Shown: one piece after another, positions 13,656 through 28,019 of the stretch | Layout: each line of letters starts with the position of its first letter | How positions within the stretch are numbered: the first letter of the stretch is position 1 | Assembly: GCF_006345805.1 (NCBI RefSeq) | Contig: NC_042998.1 | Span: 82,646,001 to 82,710,000 of the forward strand | DNA from: Octopus sinensis | Taxonomy: Eukaryota | Direction: 5' to 3' | DNA: 64,000 nt | Position numbers and translations under genes: made by a program | The notes under the pieces: model-generated | What the model saw: the letters and a program-made list of their open reading frames with translations, nothing else | Database searches by the model: none | Told to the model about the DNA's origin: nothing

Positions 13656-14066
13656 TCTCGGCGAAAGAGTTTGACAAGCTCAGAAAATAAAGACCTGCTC
13701 ATTGAAATTGAGAAAATGTGGCATCTCAAGGTGGTTACAATACCAATGATCGTAGGAGCACTAGGAATGATCAAGAAGGGAACCGAAAATTACATGAGAA
13801 TGATCCCTGCATGACAATCTTTTGCAAGAAGTGCAAAAGATTGTCTTAACTGGTACATCACACGTATTGAGAAGAGCATTGTCGATGTCAGAACTATTAC
13901 TACCCATGTATTTTAATTTAACTTTATTTCTATAAAAAAAAATGAACGAACTAGTGAGTTTAGTTTAATGGCCTACCAATGTATACTATGAGTTTAATTG
14001 CCCTAGGAGTCGGGAAGACACCCGGCAAGAAATGGAAGCAAATTTGAAAGAAGAAGAAAAACCCAT
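13656..14066 (+). mobile_element. R4/Dong-type REL-LINE 3' fragment
   Basis: Encodes ...KDLLIEIEKMWHLKVVTIPMIVGALG... (REL endonuclease C-terminus) plus 3'UTR; (AAT)n on both sides. Confidence 0.8.
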
Positions 14067-14239
<173 letters not shown>

Positions 14240-15993
14240 TAAAACAACTAGAATCACCGCAAGGCATAAGGGAATCAAAAACCGAACGAAGTTAAATGTG
14301 ACATGATCTCACTCATGGATAAGTTAATGTTTGAGTATATTCAGTATAGCAGACAACATAAGAGAATTAACTTTAGCATGACGAAATGGAAAATAGATCT
14401 ATATTCAGGTGACGACACACACTTAGGAAAAGTTAATATCAAAAGAGAAATTTTCCAAGGGGACTCGTTTTCGCCTTTAATATTTGTCTTATGTTTCGCC
14501 CCCGTCAGTTTAATATTAAGGAACGCAAAAGCAGGGTATCAGTTCAGAATTGGTAAGCAAAATGTAACCATTTGCTCACCTATGGAGGATCTCAAGCTTT
14601 TTAGTAAGAATAAAAGAAAAGATAGATTCCTTAATACAAACTGCAAGACACTTCAGCGAAGATATAGATATGGAATTTGGCATGGATAAGTGTGCAATAT
14701 TAGTCATGAGAAGGGAAGAGGTAGTCAACAGTGAAGGCATCCAATTACTAGATGGCCAGACATTAGAATCATTGAAAGGAGAGAGTTATCAGTATCTAGG
14801 AGTATTAGAATCTCTCAGAGTACGAAATTTAGAAATGAAAACGAAAATTGAGAAGGTGTACATCAGAAGAGTGATGAAGCTAATGAATTCAAATCTAGAT
14901 GGTCCGAATCTAGTGAAGGCTGTAAATACCTGGGCAGTATCATTACTTTGATACTCCTCAGCTTTTGTAGATTGGACAAAAACTGAAATAGCAAAGCTAG
15001 ACAGAAAACTGGGAAGAAATTCAATATGAACAGAGGACTCCACACAGGGGCAGAGGTAGCAAGATTATACCTACCTAGAAAGGAAGGTGGAAGAAGGTTA
15101 ATATCAGTGGATGATTGCGTAGAGTTAGCTAGAGTAGATATAGTATATATGAAGAAAGTTTATTAAAAGCTGTTAGAGTTACAAGACATGGTAGATTCCC
15201 AAGGATAGTTTCAGCAAATAGTAGTAGTGAGATATGGTTATGGCTGCAGAAGGGAAAGCTGAAGTGGGAGACAGAAAGTTTGTTAGTAGCTGCACAAGAT
15301 CAAGCATTACGAACTAATTGGATAAAAGCCAAGATAGACAAAAACCAAGTAGATTCCCAGTGTAGGTTATGCAAAGCTAAAGAGGAAAGCATTACTCATA
15401 TAGTTAGTGAATGTAGCATACTGGCGCAGAAAGACTTCAAGAAAACACATGACAACCTAGGGTGAGCAATCCACTGGGAGCTTTGTAGAAAGCTAGGATT
15501 TGAACTTATTGGTAAATGGTATGAAAATGAACCTAGTAAAGTGGTAGAAAGTAAGAAATACAAGATGTTGGACTTTAACATTCAGACTGACAGCGTAATA
15601 GAAGCTGGAAGGCCTGATTTCGTTGTAGTAGATAAAAATAATAAAACGTGCCAGATAATTGACTTTACAGGCCCATATACTGAAACATTAATATGAGACG
15701 TATAGATAAAAATAGGAAAGTACCCGGACCTAGCTATTGAATTACACAGAGGCTATGAAAAGTGCGAGTAGAATGTATCCCAGTAGTTATAGGTGCATTG
15801 GCAACTAAACCTAAATATCTGAACAGAGGGATAGAGGAAATAGGAATAAAACCCAGTTTAGTACAGCTGCAGAAAACGGTGTTATTAGGGACAGCTAGGA
15901 TATTTAGGAGGGTTCTTGGCATCTAAGGCTACTTGTTGTTGCCCGATGTTAGGATTCTTTTCTTTTCCAACAGTCTAATCTGTTGAGTGTAGG
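14240..15993 (+). pseudogene. R4/Dong-type LINE, 1.75-kb 3' portion (RT, CCHC, REL endonuclease)
   Basis: IFQGDSFSPL, FGMDKCA, YQYLGVLE, AAQDQALRT, CRLC...HIVSEC zinc finger, RPD and VIGAL motifs spread over frameshifted ORFs; ends in (GAA)n. Confidence 0.92.
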
Positions 15994-16187
15994 AGAAGTA
16001 GAAGAAGAAGAAGAAGAAGAAGAAGAAGAAGAGAAGAAGAAGAAGAAGAAGAAGTGGGAGGAGGAGGAGGAGGAAGAAGAAGAAGAAGAAGAAGAAGAAG
16101 AAGAGAAGAAGAAGAAGATGAAGAAGAAGAAGAAGAAGAAGAAGAAGAAGAAGAAGAAGAAGAAGAAGAAGAAGAAGAAGAAGAAGA
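15994..16187. repeat. (GAA)n microsatellite
   Basis: Direct reading; pure purine strand. Confidence 0.98.
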
Positions 16188-16670
16188 ATTGAAACAAGCC
16201 ATTAGAACGAATTTGATAAAAATAAAGGTTAATAAAACTCAGAAAGAGAAAGGAGACAGGAGTATTAACCATCTCTTAAATGAATGCTGTAAGCTAGCAC
16301 AAAAAGAGTTTAATCGCAGCCGTAAACGTGTCAGTAAAAGAGTGTACTGAGATTTTAACCTTGTATGTGTATTCAAAGTAACAGAAAAATGGTATGAATA
16401 CGAACCAGAAGCTATAATGAAGGATAATAATTATAAGAATTTATGGAATTTCCTCGTATAAACGTGTGCTATTGAATCAGCAATACTAGATACGATTGCA
16501 GAAGACAAACCAAGAGCAGTCTAAATTCATACACTTTGCACTAGCTTATGATAACAGAATGGATACCAAATAAATTGAGAAAAATGAAAAATATTTGGGC
16601 CTGACCAGAGAGTAAAAGATATTGTAAAAGACTAAGATGAAAGTTGCTGCCAGTTACAACAAAAAAATGC
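16188..16670 (+). pseudogene. Second R4/Dong-type fragment (zinc-finger/REL region), highly decayed
   Basis: QAIRTNLIKIK...INHLLNECCKLAQKEF...EKWYEYEPE...LWNF. Confidence 0.7.
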
Positions 16671-17654
16671 TATCTGGACAGTATTGAAGGAATCTGATAT
16701 GTGAAAAACTTTTTAGAGCAGTCTATCTAGTACCAGCCTTTTTTCATCGCATACAGCTCAACACCTTTGCTACATTATCTACAAAAGTTTTGTTTCTTTC
16801 GTAGAAGCTCTGTTTCCAGTCGACAGTCGCAGCAAATCCTCAAGGCAGGTTTCGAAGTCAACGATCTTTGAAGTAATGAACACTGCTTGCGGCTGACAGT
16901 GCAGAGATAATTGTCAAGGACGAGAATGGAAATTTATATACACTGGTGGAGAATTTGCTTTATGCTGACCAAACCATATCTTAATAGGAAGTGAAGAAAG
17001 TGTTAAATTACAAAAGTTCGGCAAAACAAAATAAGCAGAATGTGAAGAATGAAACTGGAGGCAGTGCCAATAATAATTGGAAAACTCAGTATGTCAAAAC
17101 AAATATGAACAACTTGAAAAGTTTATTGCCACTAGATAATAGGTATACAACCCACGCTGTACATATTCAGCTCGCTAACCATCTGATACTAAGACACATT
17201 AAACAACCAACGCGCCACTTATGAAATATAATAACACGCAAAACAATTAGATGGGAAGAAAAGAAACCACTTTCACAAAAATCAAAAAAAATTGTAGCTT
17301 ATAAACACAATTCTACAACCACAATATACGATGATGAACATATCTCAATAACTTGCAGGTGTATCCAATGTTGTATTAGAAATCAGCACGTGACCGATGA
17401 AATTCAATAATGATGTTAATTAAATTTATTTGTATTGTAGGTAAGAAAAATGATAAATTGTACTCTTATAACGATGCATGGGGTTTACTTAATGTTCAGC
17501 GCCAGTGTAAGACACTCTTTGTTGTACCATACCCCCAAAATAAACGATTTTTTAAAAAATAAGCTAGCACCCAACAATGAGTAGATAAAGTTAATATGTA
17601 GGCATGTAGCAAATATATTATTTTATTCTTTTCAGTTATTGGACTACAATTATG

Positions 17655-17943
17655 CTGGGGCAACATCTCGAAGAGGTTGATCGATAAAATCAACCCAGTG
17701 CTAATAGTACCAGTGGTCTGGTACTTCTTCTGGTGGTTTCTCTCTGCCGAACCACTAAGTTACAGGGTCATAAACAAAGCGACATCCCTTGTCAAGTGGC
17801 TTGAGAACAAATGTTAAGATGCGCCGACACACATACGTATATATATTACTGGCTCCCACACAGTTTCCGTTCCCCAAAATCATTCGACTGAACTTGAAAC
17901 CACAAGGTTGGGGAATAAATTGTTAACTCACACACCCATGCCT
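17655..17943 (-). mobile_element. SINE family B, degenerate
   Basis: Reverse-complement matches to ttagcggttcggc and gacggaaactg core segments. Confidence 0.55.
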
Positions 17944-20150
17944 GTATATATATACATACATATATATGTCTATATATATATATATAGTTGAGAAAACATA
18001 CACGTGTGTGTATGTGTATTCAAAACAATTAAACTTTAATGCAATGTTTATTCATTGTTACACTCCAGTCTGGAGTTACCCACGCCACACAAAAATATTG
18101 CCGTATCATATCTTAAGAGACAGTGGTCTACATTTAAGTCTAAATATAGTATCTATTGTCCAGAGATTCGTATATCCATTGTAATGTTCAAAGTAGTCAT
18201 TATTATTAAAATGATATTGACAGATATATTTCGTTAAGCACCTCATTCGTAATACAATGTAACATCTCAAGAAGGCTATAAAATTATATTTATCTAATGA
18301 CAGGAAAATGATGAACAGAAATTACACATTAAAAAATAATGTAGACTAACATGAATGAATACAATAATATGAAAATAGTTTACCACAGAAAACACAATAA
18401 TACGAGACTGAACATTGCTATCACATTCGTTATACAGTGACTTTTTCGGCTTTTTAACAAAATTAGAGAAAAAGATCCTATATACTGGGGGAAAAAATGT
18501 TTATCAAGTAAGATATAGAACCAACGTGAACAATCTCGGAGCCTTGGAAAATTCCAAAGTTTATTGCACTATGTCTTAGAGTAAATATCAAATAAGGAAT
18601 CTCTGTAAAATACGAATATCTAGTTTTGTGTATACCTTGAGAGATTTAAGGAAAATAAAGAAGAAATTAAGTGAATCTTCAACATTTAACGTATTGCTTC
18701 AAAGACTAGAGAAGACCTGACTTGATAAGAACAAGCAAAGAAGCTAATAAATGCCTTCTAACTGAATATTGCTGAACCTACTGACTACATCATTATCCTA
18801 AATGCATTTCAAATAAAAATGGTTGAGACCCCTAGCTCTTATATCAGGCTAGAGTTCATCTGAAGGGGAGCTGAAGAAATCTGAATAGCAACCATCTTAG
18901 TAAAGCTGACCTTGCTAAGATCAACTTGATACATTCTTATGGAAATATATTTCGATATTCTTGAATATGAGCTGTCAGAATATATTTTTATGCATAATCC
19001 TTTATCAATAAATAACTAAATAAATAAATGGATAAATAAATAAATACAAAGATTACAGGCCGCAATTCAAAGTGGATTGCTGCCTGTCATTGAAGGTAAT
19101 GGATGACAGGCGATAAAAAATGTCCCTTAAATGGATTTTAATACATATCTCTTATTACTTTCCTCGTACAAATAATGATTTCATAGTTTATAAACATCTA
19201 AAGTTATATTCCACAGACCTAGATGTCAACCACTAGATGTCAACATCTATAACAGTTTTACATGAAGAGAGTAGTTATATATTACCATTTTCATTTTCAA
19301 TTTGAATATCACGATTATAAGTCATTCTTTCCTATTTCTTTCCTTTTATTTTGAATGACCACTACTTGCGTCAAATATTTCAGTCTAGATTTTGCTTTGT
19401 TGGGAATGTCTAACTTAATTCATGGCCTTAGAACATTCATGACTCAATTTTTATCCAAATGCATACTGTTCGTCTTAACAATTCCATGTATGGCTTTCCA
19501 TTTCCCATTTGTTTTCATTGTATGCGTACTTTCCAAATACAAATAAAAATAATTGCTAATATACTATACAAAGAACATAATTCTAAAAATTCATGAATGC
19601 AAAATTAAAGGTTTAAAGAATATAAATTGTTTGTTTTCGACAATAACCAGTAAATTTCACCTCTTCATATTTAATTTGAGGTGAAAGTGATAGACTTCAA
19701 AACAGAGGCATCAGAATGAATGAGCCATTTTCTCTATTAATTTCATTGTTCATAATTTTTGTTTTTGCTGTTCTAGACTATGTTTTCTAGACTAAATTCT
19801 TCAAATATTCCCGATATTTTATTGCTACATGTAAACAATTCTACGTGTGTGATTGTAGCATTGAAATTCATGAAGACGAAATAAAGTTTCTGAGTTTGAA
19901 GGCTGCCTAGAGATACGCTTATATGTTGTAAACATAGAGCACTTGAAGATAGTCCTTTTCTCATGACATAGAACAAAATAATAAATGTCAGATGAAGTTA
20001 AGAGTTTAGAAATTAATATTAGTACAGAAGATATCTCAGTTATATTACATGGTCATGTTAACTATATTCTACAATGATTTAGCTGTATTAATCCTAACAA
20101 ATGAAATATTCATTAAAGTAATAAGCCATCTCACCCCATGTAGTACTTAT

Positions 20151-20593
20151 TACATATTGCAAAAGTTAGACCTGCAATATACTTCAATGTACATTATTGT
20201 ATAACTTTATTGTGAGGTAGTGACTGGAAGGTAAGAGAGTTAAACTTGATTTGAATAGGTGGCTCGTTTTCAGTTTTACTTACAATTTAATACTTTACTA
20301 TACTTTCATTGGCTCTTGATTACGCTATTAAGAATCAAGATTTTCGGACACAGGTACTGCAAAGTACTGGTGATAGGCTAGAAACCACTGACATTTCACC
20401 TAGATGCCCCCCTACTTTATCATCATAGGCATTTGTGGCTCATAGTAAAGTATTAAATTGTAGTTACAAATGAAAACGAGCCACCTATTCAAATCAATTT
20501 TAACTCTTTTACCTTCCAGTCACTACCTCACAATAAAGTTATACAATAATGTACATTGAAGTATATTGCAGGTCTAAACCTTTGCAATATGTA
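20151..20593. mobile_element. MITE/foldback element with about 150-bp terminal inverted repeats
   Basis: 20151-20301 is the near-perfect reverse complement of 20442-20593; 140-bp non-coding spacer. Confidence 0.85.
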
Positions 20594-22535
20594 TCTGCCA
20601 ATATATTTCAACTTTCATTTCCCCATTGATTTTGCTATTTTTTATAATTTCCTTCTGTTATTTATTTTTATTCCTTTCCGTACATTGGATGAGTATAACA
20701 AATTGCCTTTTTTCCAAATGGTTTCAATTTTTATTTCTGCTTTTGTCAAAATCAAATTTATAAATAAAAGCCACTTCTTATAACTGTCTATAGGATTCTT
20801 CCTGTCAAGACAAAATGGAATTGTGCATATAAATCAATTTTATTTATTTCCAACTTTAATTTAATATTTCTGAGAAGATACTTCATTTTAACATCTTATA
20901 TGAGCCACAATATTTGGTATAATTTATTTTCCCTTTTTGTACATTTAAAAGAAATTTAAGTTAAATATACATAAATGGAAAATTATGTTTTACGAATCTC
21001 TTTTTTATTTTATAACACGAAAATAATGTCTTCCAGTGTTCCAGATAAAATTTTGTTGTATTCAAATGAAAATATTGAAAATTGTATTTGTGATGATTGC
21101 TGTGAAATCAGCTAAGGAATCATCTGAAATTAAAATTTCAGATATTCTAAAATTACTGATATTTCAAATTTGAATAAAAAAAAAACGTTCTAAGAGAATG
21201 AAAATACTCTCATTTTAAAATTATTATTCTAATTCTATTTTTATATAATTAACAGTAATTTTTCATTACTAAACTCGTGGACATTTTCCCTGTAATTTTA
21301 TATTTAGGTAGATCGAATATTTCAATTCATTTATTTCCGCGTATTTTGCCTTTCATTTATGTAAAAACATGCTTTCTTATACGTAAGTAAATTATTGTAG
21401 TTATTAAAAATACAACATGGAATTATGTGAAGTTAAAATGCGCATTCCAGCTTTTAAAATTAAATAACATCAACTCGATTCGATATCATACGCAATGTAT
21501 TCAAATTCCAACTTTTTATGTTGTTTGTTCCAGAAATTACGTAGAAAGTGGAAAGAAAATACTTATTGATCAGCAATATTATTCCGTACAGTGTAATTGT
21601 AAGAATTTTTAGAAGATAAAATACGTATAACAATAGAATTAATAATAGTTAAACATTCTGTTGTATGATTTATCTGGAACTGGAAAGTATTTCTCGACAC
21701 ATCTTAGTTACTATAATTTTAAAACCTACTATGCTTTTGTAAATCTTAGACAATTATAGGCTATGATACAAATGAGAATAGAGAAAAGGAGACCCCCTAC
21801 AAGTACAAGATAGAAAATTACATTATTATACATCTGATTTAGCAGTTACAACGAGCAGCTTTGAAAACGCTGACGTACTTCTATCTTGTATTATTTCTTT
21901 CCAAAGTTATTTCTTCTGTTTGGTTTATCTTACAGAAACTATTTATATACAAGTCTATTTCTCATAGATAAAGCTAGACTGCTGTCACTTTTCAGAAACA
22001 AAATCAAAGATAAACGGTAATTCTTTAAAGCACAAAATCTCAACAGTAAAAAAAAAATTACCAAATCAACAAGTTTATTTCAATTTATTTTGTTTGATTC
22101 AATGTACAGTGAGATGTAAAACGAAAGGAATAATGGCTGAATTCATATATTGCTATATTTGATTTGCTACTATTAACAAGAGACATAACTCTATTTTACT
22201 GAAATTGTCAGCTTGACAATACACTCCGCTCTTAATTTACAGTTTTAACTCATACAGTTTTCGTATTGTTTTGTTTACCGCAGAGCCCGATGAGAAAGAC
22301 TGATGACTACAACTCCCCTTGTCGGCAACACCCGCTTTAATATGGAATTATTTTCTGACCGGAGACTGTCGAAAAGTTTCCAAAAAGTGGTCGCTGGCGG
22401 CGACATCGACGACGGTGACAATGACCAGGGGATTATATCTTCTTTCGCTCTCTCCCTCTCACACACAAATACATACATATATACATACATACATACATAC
22501 ATACATACATACATACATACATACATACATACATA

Positions 22536-23393
22536 CGAGGGGATACCCAAAAGTGACCGGAAACGTTCTCTGTGTGACAAACTCGTTGTAGATCAGGCTT
22601 CCGACGATATAAGCCACTTGATGCAATCCTCAGGCATGAGTCTGCAGACTGGCGTCGTCGAGCGAAGTATTATTGCTACGTGATGCGTCTTTGTTTTGCA
22701 GTGTTTCTCCTTTGTTCGTCGATTTTTGCAACAATTGAAACGAAAGAACAGCATGCTTCCATGAAATTGTTTTCTGACGGGGAAAACGGTGACCGAAAGA
22801 GTTGTCATGCTTCAAACAGCTTACAAGGACACTGCTACGAATAAAACACAAGTTTACGAGTGATTTCCACGCTTTAGGAATGGTCACTTGTCATTTAAAG
22901 ACCAACCTCGTTCAGAACGACCGTCATCCTGGAAATTCATGAACTGATCTTGAAGGACCGTTACCGGACAGTTGACAAACTTGTTGATATGACAGGTGTA
23001 TGCTGGAACTCCTGCTAATGAATTTTGAGCGAGGAATTGCGAATGTAAAGGGTTACAGCAAAATGTGTTCCTCGCTTGCTCACAGGAGATCAAAAGCAGT
23101 CACAACTGAATGTGTGTCGTGAACTGAAAGAACAGTTGGAAGTTGATCCGAACCTTTTACCGAAGTTCATCACTGGTGATGAAAGCTGATACTACGGAAT
23201 TTGCAGATGTGGAAGAGAGGAAGAAAAAAAAACGACGGATGCGTTAAAAGGCATCACTTCGCAAGAATTCCAGCACTGCTTCGAATAGTGGAAAACGCGC
23301 CGGGACCGATGAAGGTGATAAAAGTGTTAACATGTAAAACTAAGTGAAAAAAATAACATTGCAAAATTCCCGTTTCTTTTGGGTACTTCCTAG
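22536..23393 (+). mobile_element. Internally deleted mariner transposon
   Basis: Imperfect TIRs (cgagggg.tacccaaaag / cttttgggtac..cc.ag). Remnants TQVYE, DQPRSERP, KCVPRLLT and FITGDE; the catalytic middle is deleted. Confidence 0.85.
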
Positions 23394-23399
23394 CACATA

Positions 23400-23715
23400 C
23401 TGATGTAGCTGCATAGTAAGAAATTTGCTTCCGAAATACATGATTCCAGGTTCAGTACCACTGCGTGACACCTTAGGCTGGCATCTTCTACTAAAACCTC
23501 GAACCGACCAAAGTTCTATGAGTTGATTTCGTAGACAGAAACTGAAAAGAAGCCTGTCGTATACACACTTCTGTGCATGTCTTTGTGTCTGCGTTTGTCC
23601 TTCACCACCGCTTGATAACCGGTACTGATGTGTGTACGTCTTTGTACCTTAGCGGTTCGGCCAAAGAGTCCGATAGAACAAGTACCAGACTTTCAAAGGT
23701 CGATAAGATAAAAGA
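23400..23715 (+). mobile_element. SINE family B
   Basis: Degenerate head plus core. Confidence 0.8.
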
Positions 23716-24845
23716 TGTGTGTGTGTGTGTGTGTGCGTTTATTCTGAAGACACACAATAACCAGCTGGTAATACTAAACCAGAAGAGCGATAAATTGTAG
23801 AAAGATGTTCCAAAAGCATTAAGTGGTTTCACGCAATATTAAAAATATTTTAATGCCAAAATGTGTTTAAAAATATCCTGTTCAATCATAAGAACATGGA
23901 AAAATATATTAAATAGGAATGAGAGCGATGTAATCAATATGTGTTGAGCATTTATTTGTTTTGCAACTAATGAATAAGCAATAAGAGCAAATCGCCAGCT
24001 TTTTTCTTTTTTTGGCATATCTTTGTAAATATTTACTTTTTACAAATTCCCAATAAAGTTAGTTCCATAAATTCAGGAAAACATTTTGAAGATTTAAAGC
24101 AATACTTCATTAAACAGATCCAAATAGAATCGTATAATCTTGATGATGTTGGACATGAAATTTGAATGTCAAAGTTTAATATTTTCAAAAATAAACACCT
24201 GAAGTGATTTGACGATTAGATTTTTTCGATTGCTTTTTTAGATTATTTACTTATTTATTATTTGTTATTTTATCCAACTCCTATATTAAATATATGTGTT
24301 AAAAATGAAGAACATTGAACAAACAGTCTACAGCTGTCTTTGGCATTTTTCGACCAAGTACCACTCTTTCTCTCCGCCTCCCTCTCTCTCTTCTTCACTC
24401 ACTCACACTCTCTCCCTTTCACTTTCTCATTCTCTGTCCCTCACACACATATATGTACTTAAACACATACATATATATGTGTATGTATAAATGTGTGTGT
24501 GGTGTGGAATGTTTGTGTGTTTCTGTATGTGTGTGTGTACGTGTGTGTGCGTATGTGTGTGTATAGACATATGTATGTATGTATTATGTATGTTCTCTCT
24601 CATTCTAATTTAGTGTAAATTTTAGCGACCACCTGCTTGGTTGCAAGGTTGTGAATAAAAGTATCTTGTTTGTTCATCATCTTTCAAATCTTAAGAAGGT
24701 CTTGCAAATTTTCATAGTCCCAAATACCAGGAGCATTTGTAATGTATGAACTAAGGGGGTGCGTTCTCTCTCCAAGAACCCAAGTTCAGCCAGACTTTGC
24801 TCCATCAAACAGATGTTTTAGTATAACGCCTGTGAAGTGAAAAGA

Positions 24846-25056
24846 GTCTTTGTGTGTCTGTGTTTGTACCCCACCATTGCTTGACAACCGATTTTGGTGC
24901 GTTTGCGTCCCCGTAACTTAGCTCTTCGGCAAAAGAGACCAATAGCATAAGTACTAAGCTTACAAAGTCCTAGGATCGAGTTGTTCGACTAAATGCGGTG
25001 CTCTAGCGTGGCCGCAGTTAAAATGACTGAAATAATTAAAAGAATAAAAGAGTAGA
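24846..25056 (+). mobile_element. SINE family B, 3' half
   Basis: cttgacaaccg...cgtaacttagc...ggccgcag...taaaagaataaaagag tail. Confidence 0.85.
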
Positions 25057-25249
25057 ATGAAAAAGAGAAAACGAAGAACGAGGGAATAAGAGAGTATGAC
25101 GTGAAAGGAATATATGAAATAGCTAGCAGAGATTGAAGTAGGTGAAAGATTAGTAGAATGGCCAAATTAGGCAAGGACAGACCTCAATAGAAAAGTAGCA
25201 GATAAACAGACGAATGAACGTCGAAACCAGTGATAGAGATGAATGAATA

Positions 25250-25428
25250 TGGCACAATGCCAGCAATTTCTGGGATGAGGGTGAGTCGATTACATCGATC
25301 CTAGTGTTCAACTGTTATTTATATTTCATCGACCCAGAAAGGAGTGAGAGACAAATTTGAAGTAAAGATTGACAAATACCGCCCAGCATTATGCCCGGCG
25401 CGGTAACGATTCTGCCAGCTCCCCGCTT
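25250..25428 (-). mobile_element. SINE family A, degenerate
   Basis: gtcgattacatcgat core and ctgccagctc head. Confidence 0.7.
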
Positions 25429-25590
25429 TAGAAGCAGTATTGATATTAAAAGGTAATATTTACCCCTACTATTACCTGGTAATAAATATTACCTTTTAAT
25501 TATTTTCTAACGTACTTTACCAACAAACTAACAGGTGTATGCCGTGCGATACATTAACTACACTACTATGTATACAGAAGCGGAATAAAT

Positions 25591-25808
25591 ACTCTTTTCT
25601 ACTCTAGGCACAAGGCCCGAAGTTTTGGTGGGAGGGGGCCAGTCGATTTGATCGACCTTAGTATGTATCTGGTACTTAATTTATCGACCCCGAAAGGATG
25701 AAAGGTAAAGTTAGCCTCGGCGGAATTTGAACTCAGAACGTAAAGACAGACGAAATACCGCTAAGCATTTCGCCCGGCGTGCTATCGTTTCTGCCAGCTC
25801 GCCGCCTT
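25591..25808 (-). mobile_element. SINE family A, full length, well preserved
   Basis: ggcggcgagctggcagaaacgatagcacg head, GAGTTCAAATTCC B-box and gagtagaaaagagt tail. Confidence 0.92.
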
Positions 25809-25991
25809 AAACGGAATAAATACTGCAAGACATTTTGCCCTGACGTTCTAATGTTCCTTACAAGCTTCTATACTACCTATACATCCTTTTATGGATGTAT
25901 CATGTATTTGCATATCTGAGTAGTGTTTAAAATATACGTGTGTGCATGCATATAGATAAAAATATATACATACATATATATGTACATACAA

Positions 25992-26042
<51 letters not shown>

Positions 26043-26211
26043 CATACATATGTATTTATCTACACGCATGTATATGTATATGAATGAATACACATAAATG
26101 CATACATACGTATATGTATATTTATACATGTATACATATGTTTGTGAGTGTGCGTGTGTATGTACATAATATTACCAGATGCGCGCGTTGTGTGTACGAT
26201 GTATGTTTTGT

Positions 26212-26245
<34 letters not shown>

Positions 26246-26246
26246 G

Positions 26247-26299
<53 letters not shown>

Positions 26300-26680
26300 C
26301 ATTATTATTATTATTATTATTATTATTCCTTTCAATTTGTTTTACATATATATCAGTACCCAATAGGATGTTTATTTATTTTTCATACTGAAGTAAAAGC
26401 TCTCAGTAGAGATGAGTTCTGCAAAACTTTACCATCAATAAAGCTGTCTTGTGTGTGTTAATGTCTTCACTACACTATGGAAAAAATATTCTCATTTCTA
26501 TTCCTAAAGGAGACGGAATAATGGATACCTGAAACCAATTTATTTAGAAGAAAAACTTTTTTTTTTATTTTGTCTCAAAATTTTTTTTTTCTTTTGTTTT
26601 TTTTTTTGGCTGTGGGTGGAAGAATTTTTTTTACATTGTACGGTTATCCTAATGCAGAAAATGTTGTTATAATAATTATG

Positions 26681-26819
26681 TGCTGGTGTGGCTGTGTGGT
26701 AAGATTTTAGCTTCCCAACCACATGGTTGCGGGTTCAGCAAGTGTTTTCTACTATAGCCTCGAACCGACCAAAACCTTGTGAGAGGATTTGATTGACGTA
26801 AACTGAAATTAGCCTATAA

Positions 26820-26855
<36 letters not shown>

Positions 26856-27085
26856 GTCTTTGTGTCTGTGTCTGTTCTCCACCACCGCTTGACAACGGGT
26901 TTTGGTTTGTTTACGCCCCCGTAATCCGTAACTTAACGGTTCGACAGCATAAAATTAACGGTACAATAAGTGCCAAGCTTTTAAAAAAATAAGCACTAGG
27001 GTCGATTCATTTTTACTAAGAATTCTTCAGAATGTTGCCCCAGCATGGCCATAGTCTAATGAGTGAATCAAGTAGAAGATGAAAA
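26681..27085 (+). mobile_element. SINE family B, full length, internal (TG)n
   Basis: Head, core and tail all present. Confidence 0.88.
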
Positions 27086-27357
27086 TTACGAAACTAGATA
27101 TATCAGAAGTATATTTCTTTCCCGAACTTTCATTTTACAGTTTGTAACTTTATAGGTTCTCGGTTGTTGCGTGAAATCTCGTGTATAAGTTTAAACCAAA
27201 AACACGCACAAAAAATAAAAACAGACCACTAAATACAGTGGTGTAACGTTATTGGATATACCAATTAAACATATTCCTGGAAGCTGGTAAGTAAATAATA
27301 ATGACTTACTGGATGTATATATGTATATATATATATATATGTATATATATATACATG

Positions 27358-27399
<42 letters not shown>

Positions 27400-27985
27400 G
27401 TATAATAATAAAAGGAAATTCCTTGGTACAGTATTATGTATATATTTGCAAGAATCAATAGAGATGGCTTTTTTGAGAGAATAATTTATATTTTAATTTT
27501 AATAGTAATGTTTGATTAAAATAAAAATTATACCTCCAAGAAGCCGTCTCTACTGATTCTTGCAAATATATATTATACTGAACCAAGAACTTTCTCTTTA
27601 TTATTCTACTCATTTCGAGCATTTAACAACAATATGAGTCTTCGAAAGGCAGTTGCCTCCGCGAACCAAAATAAAATTTGGGACCCGCGGAGGGTCAAAT
27701 TTGGCAAGATGGACAGCCCACAACTGATGAGAAGTCGTTCTTTGTGTTACTTGTCTTGTTTTCCATTTCTTTCTCTCGTTGTTTGCACGCCTAAGTTTGT
27801 CTTCTTATTTCATGTTGTTTTCGTATTTTGTATTTCATGTTGTTTACGTTATATGACGTCCTGTACCCATATAGGCATATATATATATGTGTGTGTGTGT
27901 GTGTATCTGCATATATGTATGTATATATGCATATATATTTTTTTATTTAATGACTGAACGCCACCTATCCATTTCCAAGTAAGTT

Positions 27986-28019
<34 letters not shown>

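Noticed and set aside
25760-25808. Genuine tRNA genes
   Set aside because: All A/B-box heads continue into SINE cores, and none forms a full cloverleaf with a terminator.
27715-27760. CTGATGA followed by a short hairpin
   Set aside because: No GAAA or NUH in the required position. The same applies to CTGATGA at about 4835, 10187, 33962 and 58524.
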